From: Phoronis australis
Lineage: Eukaryota; Animalia; Phoronida
Length of the DNA stretch: 64,000 nucleotides
Direction of reading: 5' to 3'
NCBI GenBank assembly: GCA_002633005.1
Contig: NMRA01000006.1
Span: forward strand, 562,460-626,459
Below are positions 52,001-64,000 of this stretch, in pieces. The translations under genes and the position numbers were made by a program. The notes under the pieces were generated by a model. It was given only the letters and a program-made list of their open reading frames with translations. It was not told where the DNA came from and did no database searches. The stretch's first letter is position 1; each line of letters starts with the position of its first letter.

Positions 52001-55000
52001 GAATCCGAATGTTGAGAAAAATCATGGTGTAAAGATTGCTGTCGGGAATGGTCTACGTGAGGACATCTGGCCGCTGGTCAGGGAGCGCTTTGACATCCCG
52101 CAAATTCAGGAATTCTTTGCTGCATCAGAGGGAAATACCGGCTTTTTTAACGCAAATAATACCAGAGGCTCTGTTGGCAGGCTTTCGCCATTGACGGTTG
52201 GTTGAATTTTAATCCCTCACCGAAGGCTAAGATTATTACACGTAGAACTAGGGAGTAGGGATCATTTTGTCCTCTTCCGTGCACAGCTACTCCAACATTT
52301 CTCAGCACATTTTATCCAAACTTTCAAAAAGTATGCTTAGACATGCTTTAATGCATATGTTGACATTTTGCGATTCAATTGAATGTATTTTTCTGTGCAT
52401 GTATTTTGGCCCGTTTTTTAATTTCCCTCTCATGCACCCATTCTCATCTCTCCACAGCTCTCCCTACTTTCCAAAGAGAATCCGCTAAATTTTGGAAATG
52501 TAATGCTTACGAGTCGCCAGAAGCGCATATCATCTGCATTTTGCAATTCAAATGTGATTTCCTGATTCTTTGCATGTCCTTGATTTTTGTGTGTCTTCTT
52601 GGAGAAATGCTGTTCTGGATCTTAACCACTTCTACAGACAGGGAGTTTCGATCAAACTTTAAAAAAAAACATGCTTGCGTTGTTGGCAGTTTTCTTTTCC
52701 ACTGTATTTTCCTGACTTTGGCCTGCTGTTTATTTTCGCATGAAGTAGTGAAATGCTCTTCTGTATCCAACTGTTACATTTGCTAGGATATTTCATCCAC
52801 ATTGTCAATCAACCAAACTGTCAAGCAACAGCATTTTACCATTTGGCTATATTTTCTGTAATTTTGGCCCGTTTGTGATTTCCACGGATCTGTGCACTAG
52901 GGAAGTGCTTATCTGGGCTTGATTCCTGCTTTTCGAAGGAAATTTCCACCAATTCTTGTAAAAAGTACGCTTCCAAAGAGCCCTAGCACATGTCATCCAC
53001 ATATGCTTTCACACGTATTTTCCTGACTTTTGGCCCTTCTGCGAGTGTAATGCTCGTTACGTCATCTTCTATAGTCCATAATATCCAATAAATGTAGCAA
53101 ATATTGATGAAATTCCCACAGAGCAAAACCTGACCAAGATGCATTGTGCTTCATACACTGGTCTCCAAAATTCTTTTAGAAATTGTTTTTAAAATAATCC
53201 ACTTTTGCACGAGAGGCTATCAAAAAATGCTATTTAGGACTTTGTATGATTTTTACGAAACAGTTTCAAAGTTGTATGAAACGAAAAAGAAAGAAGTGAT
53301 AATTTAGAAAACTGTAGCAGCTTGTTTGAGATTTTGTCTCGAAAATTTGTATATCATTATGAAATTGCTCATGTTATTGGTCCTGTTGTTTTGCTATGAT
53401 TTGTCTTCTTTTTTACTATATTATACTCCAAAAACATGGTCATGCGATCTAATTGGTGTCAGAATGGTGTAAAGTCATAAATCAAATTCTACAGAATTTC
53501 TACTTTCAAAAAATTTTCGTACTTTTACCGAGTTAAATTCTAGCTTGGCTAAATGTAGTCTTGACGATAAAGTTTTAGGTAACTTTAAAGTTAAAGCCAG
53601 CTCTGTGACAGACCATTGACTGAGAAATCGTCAGAGTCCTTCATCTTCTTACATCCCTATGGGGTTTTATTTAAAAGGTGCAGTATGCAAACTAGGTATC
53701 TCCGTCCAACATTTTATCATGGAACTAAACTATATTCCAGCCATTTTGCATTCGATGAGTCAAATGGCGATGTTTGTCAAAGTTTTTTTGATTCGTGACA
53801 AATGCCTGCCTTGGGAAATTGTTCAGTTTGCATGACTGTATACAGGTAGTTTTTCAAACAAGGTATTTCTTTTGGACAAAAATTGACAAATTTTCAAAAC
53901 ACTTTTATCCAACAAGCATTATTTTTCATCTGCTTTCCATCTACATTGCCAATGAACCTCCTTGGGAGGCCTACCATACAATCGATATCGATAGTAAGGT
54001 GGTTGGGGGGTATGCAGGATTTGGTGCTTGAGTTTCATAAAAAATCTGCCCAATCAAACCATATGGCTTGCAAACTACAGTATACTATCTAGTCTGACTG
54101 CATGCCGGTAAACTGTTTAGAAGATATTGCCAGTTTCATTAGTAGTGTAAAAATGAGTAAAAAATTGTTTTAATGATAAAATCAAACCACACTTCGTACT
54201 TTTCTCATAGTGATGAGTTCAGTGTGACCTCACTATTCAAGTATGTCAATCTTGCCTAGGTATTCATCCACAGATGTGGAAATCATGTTGTGTAGTTGTA
54301 TTTAACTGAAATTATTTTAAATAAAATTTAAGATATATGAAAATAACAAAGGACACTTATGTTATAACTTTTTAAATTTTCATGCTCATACAAACTCGCA
54401 ACTTTAACTGAGAGTTATTTTGTTTGTGACGCAAATAATGCCAGGGTGATTAGTCTGAGACATCTGATTTGTTCATTGTGGATTACAGAGAGATGAGTTA
54501 ACCGGACATTTTAGATTTTGCTCTCATTGGCATCCATGGATATGTAGATTTTCACCATAATTTTGACTAAGTCGGTCCAATTTTGAGGAGACTTGTCATT
54601 TTTGAAACTATAGCCTAGATGCAGCCTCGCATACGAAAAACTGGAGTGAGCTGACAGGCCAAAGTTGATGATTGTGAATATTGTCCAAGTGCTGTGGCTA
54701 ACCTCTGTGTGAATCTTAGCAGTGTCTCCTGGTGGTGTGTTTTGGGGAACTGTTGTAGTCTTGAGACAACCTGTTTGAATTTTTTTCAGAGTTTTTTACA
54801 GAAAAGCTACCTCGTGAAGTATGACAACGAAAAAGGTGTTCCTCGCCGAGATGAAAGAGGGCACTGTATTCCAGCTGGCATAGGTGTGTGGCTTGAGTAC
54901 ACAAAAAAATGTAATTTTGTTTGATGCTGCTGCAGTGCCGAGTGAAGTCAATGTTTATCCAATCTAATATTTTTTCAATACCTTAGTGTGCCTGAGAGCA

Positions 55001-57443
55001 TGGCCCTATCGTTATCATGCAATTGAATGAGATAGTTTTAATTTTCAAAACCAACTGGTAACCTGAAGTCCAGGGTTCAAGCTTACAGTTTGGCCACCAT
55101 TTTGTTCTTAATTCTGTTATTGGGTGGAGCTTAGCAGCAGCATCAGTGTTCACTATAGAACTCAATCTCAACCATAATCAATAGAAAACCGTGATTTTTA
55201 GGTGAACAGTTTGAAACAGACAAAATCATGCAGACACCATATTGCTACATAGTCTGGCGAGTGGAAACTCGCAAGTGCTGCACTTTACAAAAAATTGCAT
55301 CCAGATTGTCGCACAACGCGAAATGCATGTACTTAAGTGTAACAAGGTCAGTGATTGAGTTGGTGTACTGTTCGCCATAAGTAGGAAGCAGTAGATGAGC
55401 ACAGGCTAGCTAGGGTTAGTGGCTTTCTGATGTTGGGTGTGTAATCAACCACAGACAATGAGGTGCGAGAATTTTGCCCTCAAATTTACCAGCACCGAGT
55501 GCGGAATGTGCTTGGAAAAGCTTTTTACAGAAGAGGCCGCTGTTTCAAAGAATATTGAAAAAGCTAAGTTTTGTTATCTGCAGAATACGAAATCCTAAGA
55601 AATAGCAAGACTGTGTGTGTTTTTGAGAATCAGTTGACCATTGAAATATTTTTAGTTTACATTTAGTCTCAGACTGCATAAAACAGCAAGTTTTTTTGAA
55701 TACAGGTGAGCCGGGGCTTCTCATCACCAAGGTAACGAAGATATCACCTTTTGATGGATACCATGGAACCAGAGCCAATGAGTTAAACTCCAAGAAACTG
55801 TTGAAGCATGCTTTTGGCGACAGCGACGACCTCTATTTCAACTTTGGTGACCTTCTCTACTGTGATGATAGATACAATTTATACTTTGCTGACCGGACTG
55901 GTGACACTTTCAGGTCATTCAAGGTTGAATCTTAGCAACTATAAACTGGCCTTCTGTCAAAAGATCTGAAAGTTTATTTATCCCACTCACCTTTATAAAA
56001 TAGGGCTTAGATTATTTTTTACTCCGATTAGATGGGATTCGGAGGCTTGTTGAGAAATGACAGTTTGTTATTGCTGAGGGCCACTCTCAACAACTTTCCT
56101 TGATCCCGACGTATCATTTGATTCGCTGAGCCCGACGTCGAGTAGCAGTGAAGTGCATGCCAAGACTTGTACGGTGATACTTGGCTTACCTCAAAATCCA
56201 ACTGCTGCCTTGTGGTTTGTTAGTTGGCCCAATTATGTTGTACACCGAGCAGAATTAATGAATATCATATTCTTTCAACATTAAACAAATGTTTTAGGTC
56301 GTAAAAGTCACATTTCTTGTCTATTTTTCAAAATTCAAAAACCTATTCATGTGTGCTTTTCACAAACTATTCAAATAATTATGCTGTTTACAAACTTTTA
56401 AAACGAAAATTTAAAAATACTATTGGTGGTCTCATTATCTAGAGAACAATAACATCAGCTGTTGAAGTGATCCACAACAGCATGATGTCTGATCTGAACC
56501 GGCAAATTCTAAGGTGCACAAATCAGCGGAGTTGCCCAATATTGACCAGTGGCCCAATATTGACCAGTGGCCCAATATTGACCAGTGGCCCAATATTGAC
56601 CAGTTAGGGTGTCAGCATAGTATTCTTTTCGTGGTCAACAGTTGACCAACAAATCACTTATCACCCGTTAAAGGAACAGTTTGTGTAACAGTGAGTGGCC
56701 CAAATCAAGATGTGTTTGACTTTTGACTGACGGCAGGTTTGTGATTGCTTTTAAAGGTTACTGAACCTGTTTTGGTTCCTGAGATAAAGTGCAGTACATG
56801 TACTTGCTATTATGCCATGAGAGATATGTGTGTTAATACTCAAATGTCACAATCTTAGGACATTTTGTATTGCTGTTGTTGTTTCATGGTTACATAATAT
56901 GCTGTTGATTTTTTTATGAAGCGTCGTGAAAATGAGATCCATTATTTGTTAGGTTAACAAAGACGCCAACTTTTACAAAGTTCTTTATGAGGTATTATGC
57001 TCGTAACGTTCTTGACTACACCCTGTCTTAATGTCGACATACTAGTTCTGATAAGCTCCTGTAGCAGGCAATTGTTGTTTTCATTTTTTCTTCATTTTGC
57101 TCGCGAATGTTGTGTTCAGTTTACCATACATTCCACAGCAAGTTTTTGTAATATGTAAGAGAATTTTGCAGAAGACATGTGGTACTTTTTGCACCAAATT
57201 TATTCAGTTACAGCGACTTGAAGTGGTTATCACGCCGATTCTCCAGACTATTTTCTGAGCAGGGAACACATGAGCGCCCCCTCTTGAGTTGAATCAAAGG
57301 CTTGTTGTGCCTTTACATTACTTTACCTCGGTGCACTTTTTTCAGGTGGAAGTCAGAAAATGTGTCTACCACGGAAGTTGCCAGTAGTTTATGCCTTGTG
57401 GACTGGATAAGAAATGTTGCTGTTTACGGAGTCTCCGTGCCTG
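43031..57443 (+). CDS. SLC27A: SLC27/FATP very-long-chain fatty acyl-CoA synthetase, 3' exons not visible; exons 43031-43379, 44181-44291, 45396-45623, 49043-49204, 49726-49850, 52002-52196, 54790-54883, 55706-55913, 57346-57443
   Basis: Phase-consistent GT-AG exons yield an N-terminal TM segment, ALLNTN, AMP-binding YIFTSGTTG|[72 protein letters not shown]|[11 protein letters not shown] and VYGVSVPG. Confidence 0.95.
43588..43761. mobile_element. ~175-bp MITE in FATP intron 1; second copy 45889-46067
   Basis: TIR TTGACCT(A/G)TCAC / GTGATAG(A/G)TCAA; shared interior GTAAAATGGC...GTGTCAAGAATGCTGCGTTC.GATTGGTCA. Confidence 0.8.
46836..47207. other. Assembly gap, followed by (CTGCC)n at 47208-47237
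   Basis: N run and pentamer repeat. Confidence 1.
50383..51625 (+). mobile_element. Second copy of the Helentron/HINE-like CTCF-motif repeat (FATP intron 5)
   Basis: Colinear with 18033-19294 from TGGACGCATTATGC to GCGGTGCATTCGTGGG. Confidence 0.8.
56534..56603. repeat. 18-bp minisatellite GCCCAATATTGACCAGTG, ~4 copies
   Basis: Directly visible. Confidence 0.95.
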
Positions 57444-58863
57444 GTAAAGTATCATAGCTGAGCGGGCATTGCTGGTGTTTTTACGGGTAGTGAAAACCCG
57501 ATGCGTGCGCATTCCAGGGATCTGTTTTGTGGAAAGTGGCTTGTGGCAGAAACTCGTACTTGCACTCCCACATCACAACTGTGAAATAAAAGTTGAATCG
57601 AGTGGTTTGAGCATGTTGTAGTAAAGAGATATTATTAATCTCAGTAACTGGAAGTTATGTGTAATCCCAGAGAATTTTTGATCAAGTGAGGCGTACCATT
57701 TTTCACAGTCGTGAGGAGCGTAAGACCAAATTTCTGACTTAAGTCTTTGGTCACTTTTCATCACTGAAACAGACCCCAGGGCTGACATTCGTGGGAATCA
57801 ATGCTTCACATAATGCTCACTACCAGTTGACAGGGGATAGATGCTACCTCGGTTATTTGGATCTATGGCTGCACTTGAATGACTTTTGTGGGTATATCCG
57901 GTCAACCATGTAACACAATATGTGATTGGTTCTAAATAATAGCCTCCACCTTTAAAACCAATCAGATATCGTAGCCAATTTACCCATCTACACATCAAGT
58001 GAAGTCAATCAAATGCACCTATGATAAACTGAACTTGTTGATGAAATGCTAGTTTTGAGTGATCTTTATGCATACGTGCATTTAGGGGACCCAGGGAGCT
58101 CTCGCCCTCTCTCCCACCCACCAGCACGACAAAAAATGCTGCTGACAGGCCGTTTTTAGGGGATACATGACATTTTCCTTCAAATATTGTGGCCAAACCC
58201 CCCTTACAACATCCTACATCCACTAGTGCTATAGTTTGTATATTTACGTCTGCTGCCGTTGCTTTGGATGATTGTTATACCACAGTTCTCTGGGGATACG
58301 ACGCCTCGCGCTTTCTGTAAAAATGTCAATGTTTGAGATAGGTTGAGATCAAGAGAGGGTCTATGGGTGTAGACAGCCTTGTCTCAACACTTAACATGGG
58401 ATTTGGTGGAGGACTCATTGAACCTCCATGTTTGTCCAACATAAGACCTCTCACTGCTTAATCCTGAATCCATGCCAGCGATCTGTTCTAACTTGCAGTT
58501 TTCTTTCTTTAGTATGGCCATTAAAATAGTACCTTTGGTATAGATCACTTTCCACTATTTATGAAAGTTGATAGTTAATTTCTAGATTTTGAAAAACTGA
58601 GAAGTTTCAGAGCTGGCCTTGACGCAGCGTGTTTTGTTAAGAGCGGGGTATGACATGAATCTTTCCAAGTTCAGTAACTACTGCTAATCAGAGTGTGGAA
58701 CAAAATTTATTGAGTTCAGTTGTACATCAGTAACTGGTCTAGATCAAAACTTTCTTCAGTAGAACATGGGTATTGTTACGTACTGTCAGCTTTTTATACC
58801 ATTGTTGTTGGACCATAAGGTACATTGCATGCGACACAAATCATAAATGTCTTCGTTAACCAT

Positions 58864-59040
58864 TTCTGTGACTCAGTGGTTTGAGTCCAGACTCCTGTTT
58901 GGGAGTCCCAGTTTCGAATTGTGTATTTACTGGCCGACAGTCAAGCACTGCAGAAAGGTGTCTCTTACTCCATTGAGCTCAATCTTAGTAGTTAATGTAT
59001 GCAAGGGAGTAAATGGGAACCTGGATGCAATTCAAAAGGG
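58864..59040 (+). repeat. Old tRNA-derived SINE-like fragment
   Basis: A-box-like TGACTCAGTGG, degenerate B-box AGTTTCGAATT, downstream GAGTAAATGGGAACCTG resembling a SINE core. Confidence 0.4.
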
Positions 59041-59337
59041 ATTTCTTGGGGGTGTGCTCATATCAAAAAATGAATATAATTAAATTTCCTGTATTGGCGA
59101 GCTATTCTTCTGAAATCTCTTGGCAGAGTATCTTCTCAGCCTTGTCCATGAAAGCATCTCTATCTCATTGAAACTGCTTCTTTTCTTGCTGAAGGTGGTA
59201 CCAAAAATTAAAGAGCCTCCATTGAGATTCCTAATTGCTTGCTGGTCTTAAATTCCTGTTGTATTTAAATGCACTGGTTGACAGTTTCAAAAACTAGTTG
59301 AAAATCGCTTGGCTTTATAAGCTCTGTGAACGCTGGG

Positions 59338-60187
59338 ATTATTATCACCATCATCATCATTATTGTCATCATCATAATCATCATCATCACCACCATCATC
59401 ACCATCACCATCATCATCCTCACCATCATCACCATCNNNNNNNNNNNNNNNNNNNNNNNNNNNNNNNNNNNNNNNNNNNNNNNNNNNNNNNNNNNNNNNN
59501 NNNNNNNNNNNNNNNNNNNNNNNNNNNNNNNNNNNNNNNNNNNNNNNNNNNNNNNNNNNNNNNNNNNNNNNNNNNNNNNNNNNNNNNNNNNNNNNNNNNN
59601 NNNNNNNNNNNNNNNNNNNNNNNNNNNNNNNNNNNNNNNNNNNNNNNNNNNNNNNNNNNNNNNNNNNNNNNNNNNNNNNNNNNNNNNNNNNNNNNNNNNN
59701 NNNNNNNNNNNNNNNNNNNNNNNNNNNNNNNNNNNNNNNNNNNNNNNNNNNNNNNNNNNNNNNNNNNNNNNNNNNNNNNNNNNNNNNNNNNNNNNNNNNN
59801 NNNNNNNNNNNNNNNNNNNNNNNNNNNNNNNNNNNNNNNNNNNNNNNNNNNNNNNNNNNNNNNNNNNNNNNNNNNNNNNNNNNNNNNNNNNNNNNNNNNN
59901 NNNNNNNNNNNNNNNNNNNNNNNNNNNNNNNNNNNNNNNNNNNNNNNNNNNNNNNNNNNNNNNNNNNNNNNNNNNNNNNNNNNNNNNNNNNNNNNNNNNN
60001 NNNNNNNNNNNNNNNNNNNNNNNNNNNNNNNNNNNNNNNNNNNNNNNNNNNNNNNNNNNNNNNNNNNNNNNNNNNNNNNNNNNNNNNNNNNNNNNNNNNN
60101 NNNNNNNNNNNNNNNNNNNNNNNNNNNNNNNNNNNNNNNNNNNNNNNNNNNNNNNNNNNNNNNNNNNNNNNNNNNNNNNNNNNNNNN
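59338..60187. repeat. (CAT/CAC)n microsatellite (59338-59436) running into assembly gap 59437-60187
   Basis: Directly visible. Confidence 0.95.
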
Positions 60188-60775
60188 AGTGATTAATTCT
60201 AGTTGGTTTAACCCAAGTCATATTTTCAGAGATAATCTTCTATATTCTAGTGGTTGTGTCAAAGACTTAATGTGTCCCTGGGTGGGGATTGGCCAGTACA
60301 TGAGTGGATTTTATGATATGCATTAATTGATAGGGACTAGTACATTTTATAGTTACTTTACAAATTATGGAAGTAGCCAAATCAATGGTGCTAATGGTAT
60401 TTCCTAACAATGTTTTAACATCTTAAAAGATGTACAAGATTGATACATGAAAGCAATTCCATGTTCATAGAGTAAAATTACAAAATATTTTGTAAAGTGT
60501 CTTGGGATCTAAATAACCTTTTATGTTTTCTTGTCCTAGAAATATGTCTGAATTTTGTAGGATTTTGTATTATAATGGTGACCTGGTCATCTCTTAGGGA
60601 GTTTTACAAAGGACAATTAACTGTTATTACATTTTATGTGAATTCTACAGTTTCTAAATTACAGCATAAATTTAAATACTATTTCTTCAAGTAGTGTATT
60701 TACATGTCGCCCCTTACCATGTATAATGGGACTATATCTACATGTAGTTCTGCTAACCATGACTGTTTAAGCTTG

Positions 60776-60826
60776 CCTGCCTGTCTGTGTGCGTGCGTGC
60801 GTGCCTGCGTGCGTGCCTGCGTGCGT
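60776..60826. repeat. (GTGC)n microsatellite
   Basis: Directly visible. Confidence 0.9.
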
Positions 60827-61372
60827 GGTTGATGAGATTGGATTAACTTGTAAGACAATTTAAGTTGTAGTCATAGTAACATTCCCTACATGAAGTTTTA
60901 TATTTTTTTAACGGATACCACACCCGGTTTTGGGATACTAACAGAGTATTGAAAACGGCTTTCCCATCCACATCTTTGAAACAAAATAGTGCTCTGTAAC
61001 CCTCGACAACCCTAAAACCTTTGGAGGGAAATTCGAAAACTCCTTTCAAAGTCTGCTAAACATGCAATACTTGATTCTTGTCTGTAACTTGCAAGGTTGA
61101 CGCCAATGATACATTTGCAGGTGACAGAACGAGGATAGGTTAAAATCGTCATAACATGGTTTGGTATCCTTTTAAGTAATTAAGGAGTTTTAACAAAATT
61201 ATAAAGTCCTCATGTGTAATAATATGGTAATTTTATTTGTTTTTGATTAATTAAAAGCGTTTTAGCACAAATAGGGGTGCATGTATGTGCAGACTAGAAT
61301 TTTCCTGTTTTTTTTTCTTTTATAGGGTACTAGGTCATCAAAAGACGATTTTATTACAATTAAGAGATAAAC

Positions 61373-61903
61373 CAGGGCTCGGTGCCTCAGTAATTTCAGA
61401 CTCAAACTTATACTCAAAATCTCATTTTGTACTCGCATCGAGTACCGGCAAACTCGAAATAGGCGTGTCGAATGTCTGAGATTCGAATTTTTTTATTCTA
61501 TTTTGGAGTAAACATTCAAAATTTCGAGTTTGCTATGCTAGCGTACTTGAAATTGCAATCCATGATAATGAAAAAATGGCTGAAACAGTACATGAGAAAT
61601 CGAGGTCGGGAACGGGCAGCTGCCAGGATCTGCAAACCGTTTGTTCAATGATCGCGAAAAATCCCTGGAAAGTCCGAGACGCGAGGAAGTTTTTCGAAGA
61701 CACGGTTTCCTCCCTGATACCATAGTTTTTATCTTGGAACCACAACAAAAACATCGCTATCTCCAATGTATATATGTCTTCTTACCCAGTGATTCGAAAA
61801 TGAACATTAGGCACGCGTTTTCGAGCTTGAATTGAGTGAGACTGATTTCGAGTCGAAAAACTTGGAGTCTGAGTTCGAGTTTGACATAAGGCATCGGGCC
61901 CAG
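61373..61903. mobile_element. ~530-bp MITE with imperfect TIRs
   Basis: CAGGGCTCGGTGCCT...CAGACTCAAACT versus GAGTCTGAGTTCGAGTTTG...AGGCATCGGGCCCAG; many AAACTCGA / TCGAGTTT motifs. Confidence 0.6.
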
Positions 61904-63090
61904 GTGTTCTCTGACTCATTATGCTCCACGTGCATCAATCTCTCACGTGATAACCCAAATATACACTTGATCGGGTGCACCGACTCGTACCCAAACCGGA
62001 AATTTTGCTAAAACTTGTATTATCGGTATGGCTGCGTATATAGTACCTTAAACTTGCATCAGTTTGATGTAAAGAAATGTATTTAATAAATGTCTGACAG
62101 AATTATACTCACTTGTTAACTCTAAGTTAAATCTGTAATTGTGAAAATTTTCAGATGCGTGTGTGGTGTAAATTGGTCGTGTAGTCTTCTACGTCAGCTG
62201 TGGTAGTCGATTGCATTCGGTGTTTGATGTCACACTAGTTGCCAACATTTAAGAATGGAAAAATATCTGGATTGAAAATGCAAGACATACGGATATAAGG
62301 CGGGACATTTTGGTCTGTGCCAAAACGCAGGGGTGAAATGTCCGTCATAATACCCGAAAACGCCCAATTATAGTGTTAAATTCCTTTTTTAGTCAAATGA
62401 GGAAAATGGTACTAAATCCGGTGGAAAATCACAATACTATACGACACTAAATCATTTTCGTCATGTGTAAGAAATCGGAACGTTTAAATGCGTTGGCGGG
62501 CGCGGGATATCCCTTCAAAAAGCGGATCAGTACCACCGAAATTCGGACAGGTGACAAGTACCCATTATTTAAAATGTCTTTATCCATCAATAGCCGTCAA
62601 TTGGGTCTGTGTACGCCATCTTCTGATTCGTTGTGGGAGTTTTCTAATACTGATGAGTTGTTTCAGGCACATATCGCGGGTTCTCGTGCACGAGGTTCTC
62701 GCATTGTTTAACTCTAGTTGTGTCCGCCTTTAAACAATCGTTCATGGCAAACGTAGACAAAAATAATTACTAATGTCTTTTTTTTCATTTCTCAAAGGCT
62801 TCTGACATTGTGAATTGCCTTTCTGTATATTCACGAGACATTGATACAACCAAATTAGGGTCACTGCTCGAGGTGGTTCGCAACTGACGATGGGTGACTG
62901 AAAGCATGTTAGCATATGTTGAAAGTACAAAGCCCAATACACTGAAATTTCAATGGCTACGCAGTTCTTATGCGCACATTGCATTCTGTAGACAAGGTAA
63001 AATACATGAAGAGCGTCCAGCGCCGTTGGATGCATGAATATTCATGCCATCATCGTACAATTTGCGGCTGCTTCAACGTATTTAGCGACA

Positions 63091-63312
63091 TCACTTTTCG
63101 GGAACACTGGCTTCCTCGTCGATTGTTGGCCTTTCTCGACATACATGTAGATGCTGCCTTTTAAATCTCTCGCTGAACTCATAGTTCGTCACAAAGTTAT
63201 ACTTCCTATAATAACAAAACAGTACCAGGCCGACTATTGCTAAGATAATTAGCAGATAACCCGCAACGGAGAGTGCCCCTGTCATAATTGCACAAAAGTG
63301 GACGTACCACAT
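63091..63312 (-). CDS. Putative small single-pass membrane protein (73 aa)
   Basis: ATG start; TM ALSVAGYLLIILAIVGLVLFCYY followed by RK; polar tail. Confidence 0.4.
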   Translation of the reverse strand: MWYVHFCAIMTGALSVAGYLLIILAIVGLVLFCYYRKYNFVTNYEFSERFKRQHLHVCRERPTIDEEASVPEK

Positions 63313-63660
63313 ACTAACTCAATCCATCAATATATATGTATATAGGTGGCACTGATTGTTTGAAATTTGCAAAGAGCTCTTTTACATGTGAGCAAGATTC
63401 AACTATGGTCGCGTGCTGGTGACGTCAGATCTCCGTAAAAGCATTCATCAGCTTAGAGAACCCTCGAGGCGAGAGTCGCAAGGTTTAGCTTCACTATCTG
63501 CAACGAAGTTTGTCCCCATAATTTGCACACTAGTGTGAAAATATCCGATGCACTGGATCTTGAACGAAATGTTTGCAAAAGTTCACTGTTGAGAGAAAAG
63601 AAAAATCGGCGCGATAGGTTCAAGGTTGCGACAAACGGAAATGGGAGAAGCTTCGACAAT

Positions 63661-63900
63661 ATGTTCATCACAACTGCAATTACAAAGGCGGTCCTGTACT
63701 CCATGATTGTGGCCGTTTTAATCTTGTTTTTCTACGCTATCATCTGCTTTTGCGGTATGCCCATCACAATAGAAAACGTCAAGAACGTGTTAAACAAGTA
63801 CGACCCTGAGACACCGTCATCGAAACCGCCCGTGGATGACGAGAACTTGGGTGAGGATGCTGAGGATTACGATGGGGACGACGGATACGACTATTACTAA
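63661..63900 (+). CDS. Putative small single-pass membrane protein (79 aa from first ATG) with an acidic, Tyr-rich tail
   Basis: MFITTAITKAVLYSMIVAVLILFFYAIICFCG...PPVDDENLGEDAEDYDGDDGYDYY*; GC-richer and more codon-like than the flanks. Confidence 0.55.
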   Translation: MFITTAITKAVLYSMIVAVLILFFYAIICFCGMPITIENVKNVLNKYDPETPSSKPPVDDENLGEDAEDYDGDDGYDYY

Positions 63901-64000
63901 ATCATGCACCTGAGGGTAATGACCTCGGTAATGATTATTATCAGTGGAAAATATCTGTTTCCATTAATGTGAAATTCTTGTAGTAGCCTACATGCCTCAC

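Noticed and set aside
56534-56603. CRISPR-like repeat
   Set aside because: Head-to-tail minisatellite without spacers, in a eukaryotic intron, with no cas genes
59265-60326. Long poly-His / poly-Ile / poly-Met ORFs
   Set aside because: Translations of a (CAT)n microsatellite running through an N gap
61121-61143. tttgcag|GTGACAGAACGAGGATAGGT as FATP exon 10
   Set aside because: Phase fits, but it reads GDRTRIG* with an immediate stop and lacks the GMA motif

Overview
AT-rich, intron-containing animal genomic DNA, probably from an invertebrate draft assembly, with three N-gaps. It is not prokaryotic. Contents, left to right: (1) a decayed Kolobok-like DNA transposon (<1-~4280) with a P2X7-ballast/KolX-like pseudogene on + converging with a THAP-domain pseudo-exon on -; (2) a complete four-exon minus-strand gene (10228->5676), missed by the ORF track, encoding an 88-aa secreted prepropeptide: signal peptide, acidic pro-region, KR cleavage site and a 24-aa, six-Cys, probably C-amidated mature peptide GSFKCGRQYCSCPPNTILCCCYKF. 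It has a TATA box, a forkhead-motif repeat array upstream and an AATAAA signal, and is the best candidate for something new (toxin- or antimicrobial-peptide-like); (3) a 170-aa single-pass membrane ORF with a Cys-rich tail; (4) a two-exon ~514-aa coiled-coil/disordered protein gene; (5) nine exons of an SLC27/FATP very-long-chain acyl-CoA synthetase gene whose last exons are not visible; (6) a divergent pair of small transmembrane ORFs at the right edge; (7) many MITEs and SINE-like repeats, and two ~1.25-kb Helentron/HINE-like repeats each carrying eight regularly spaced CTCF-like motifs. Gene models and repeat boundaries were derived by eye; no database search was possible.
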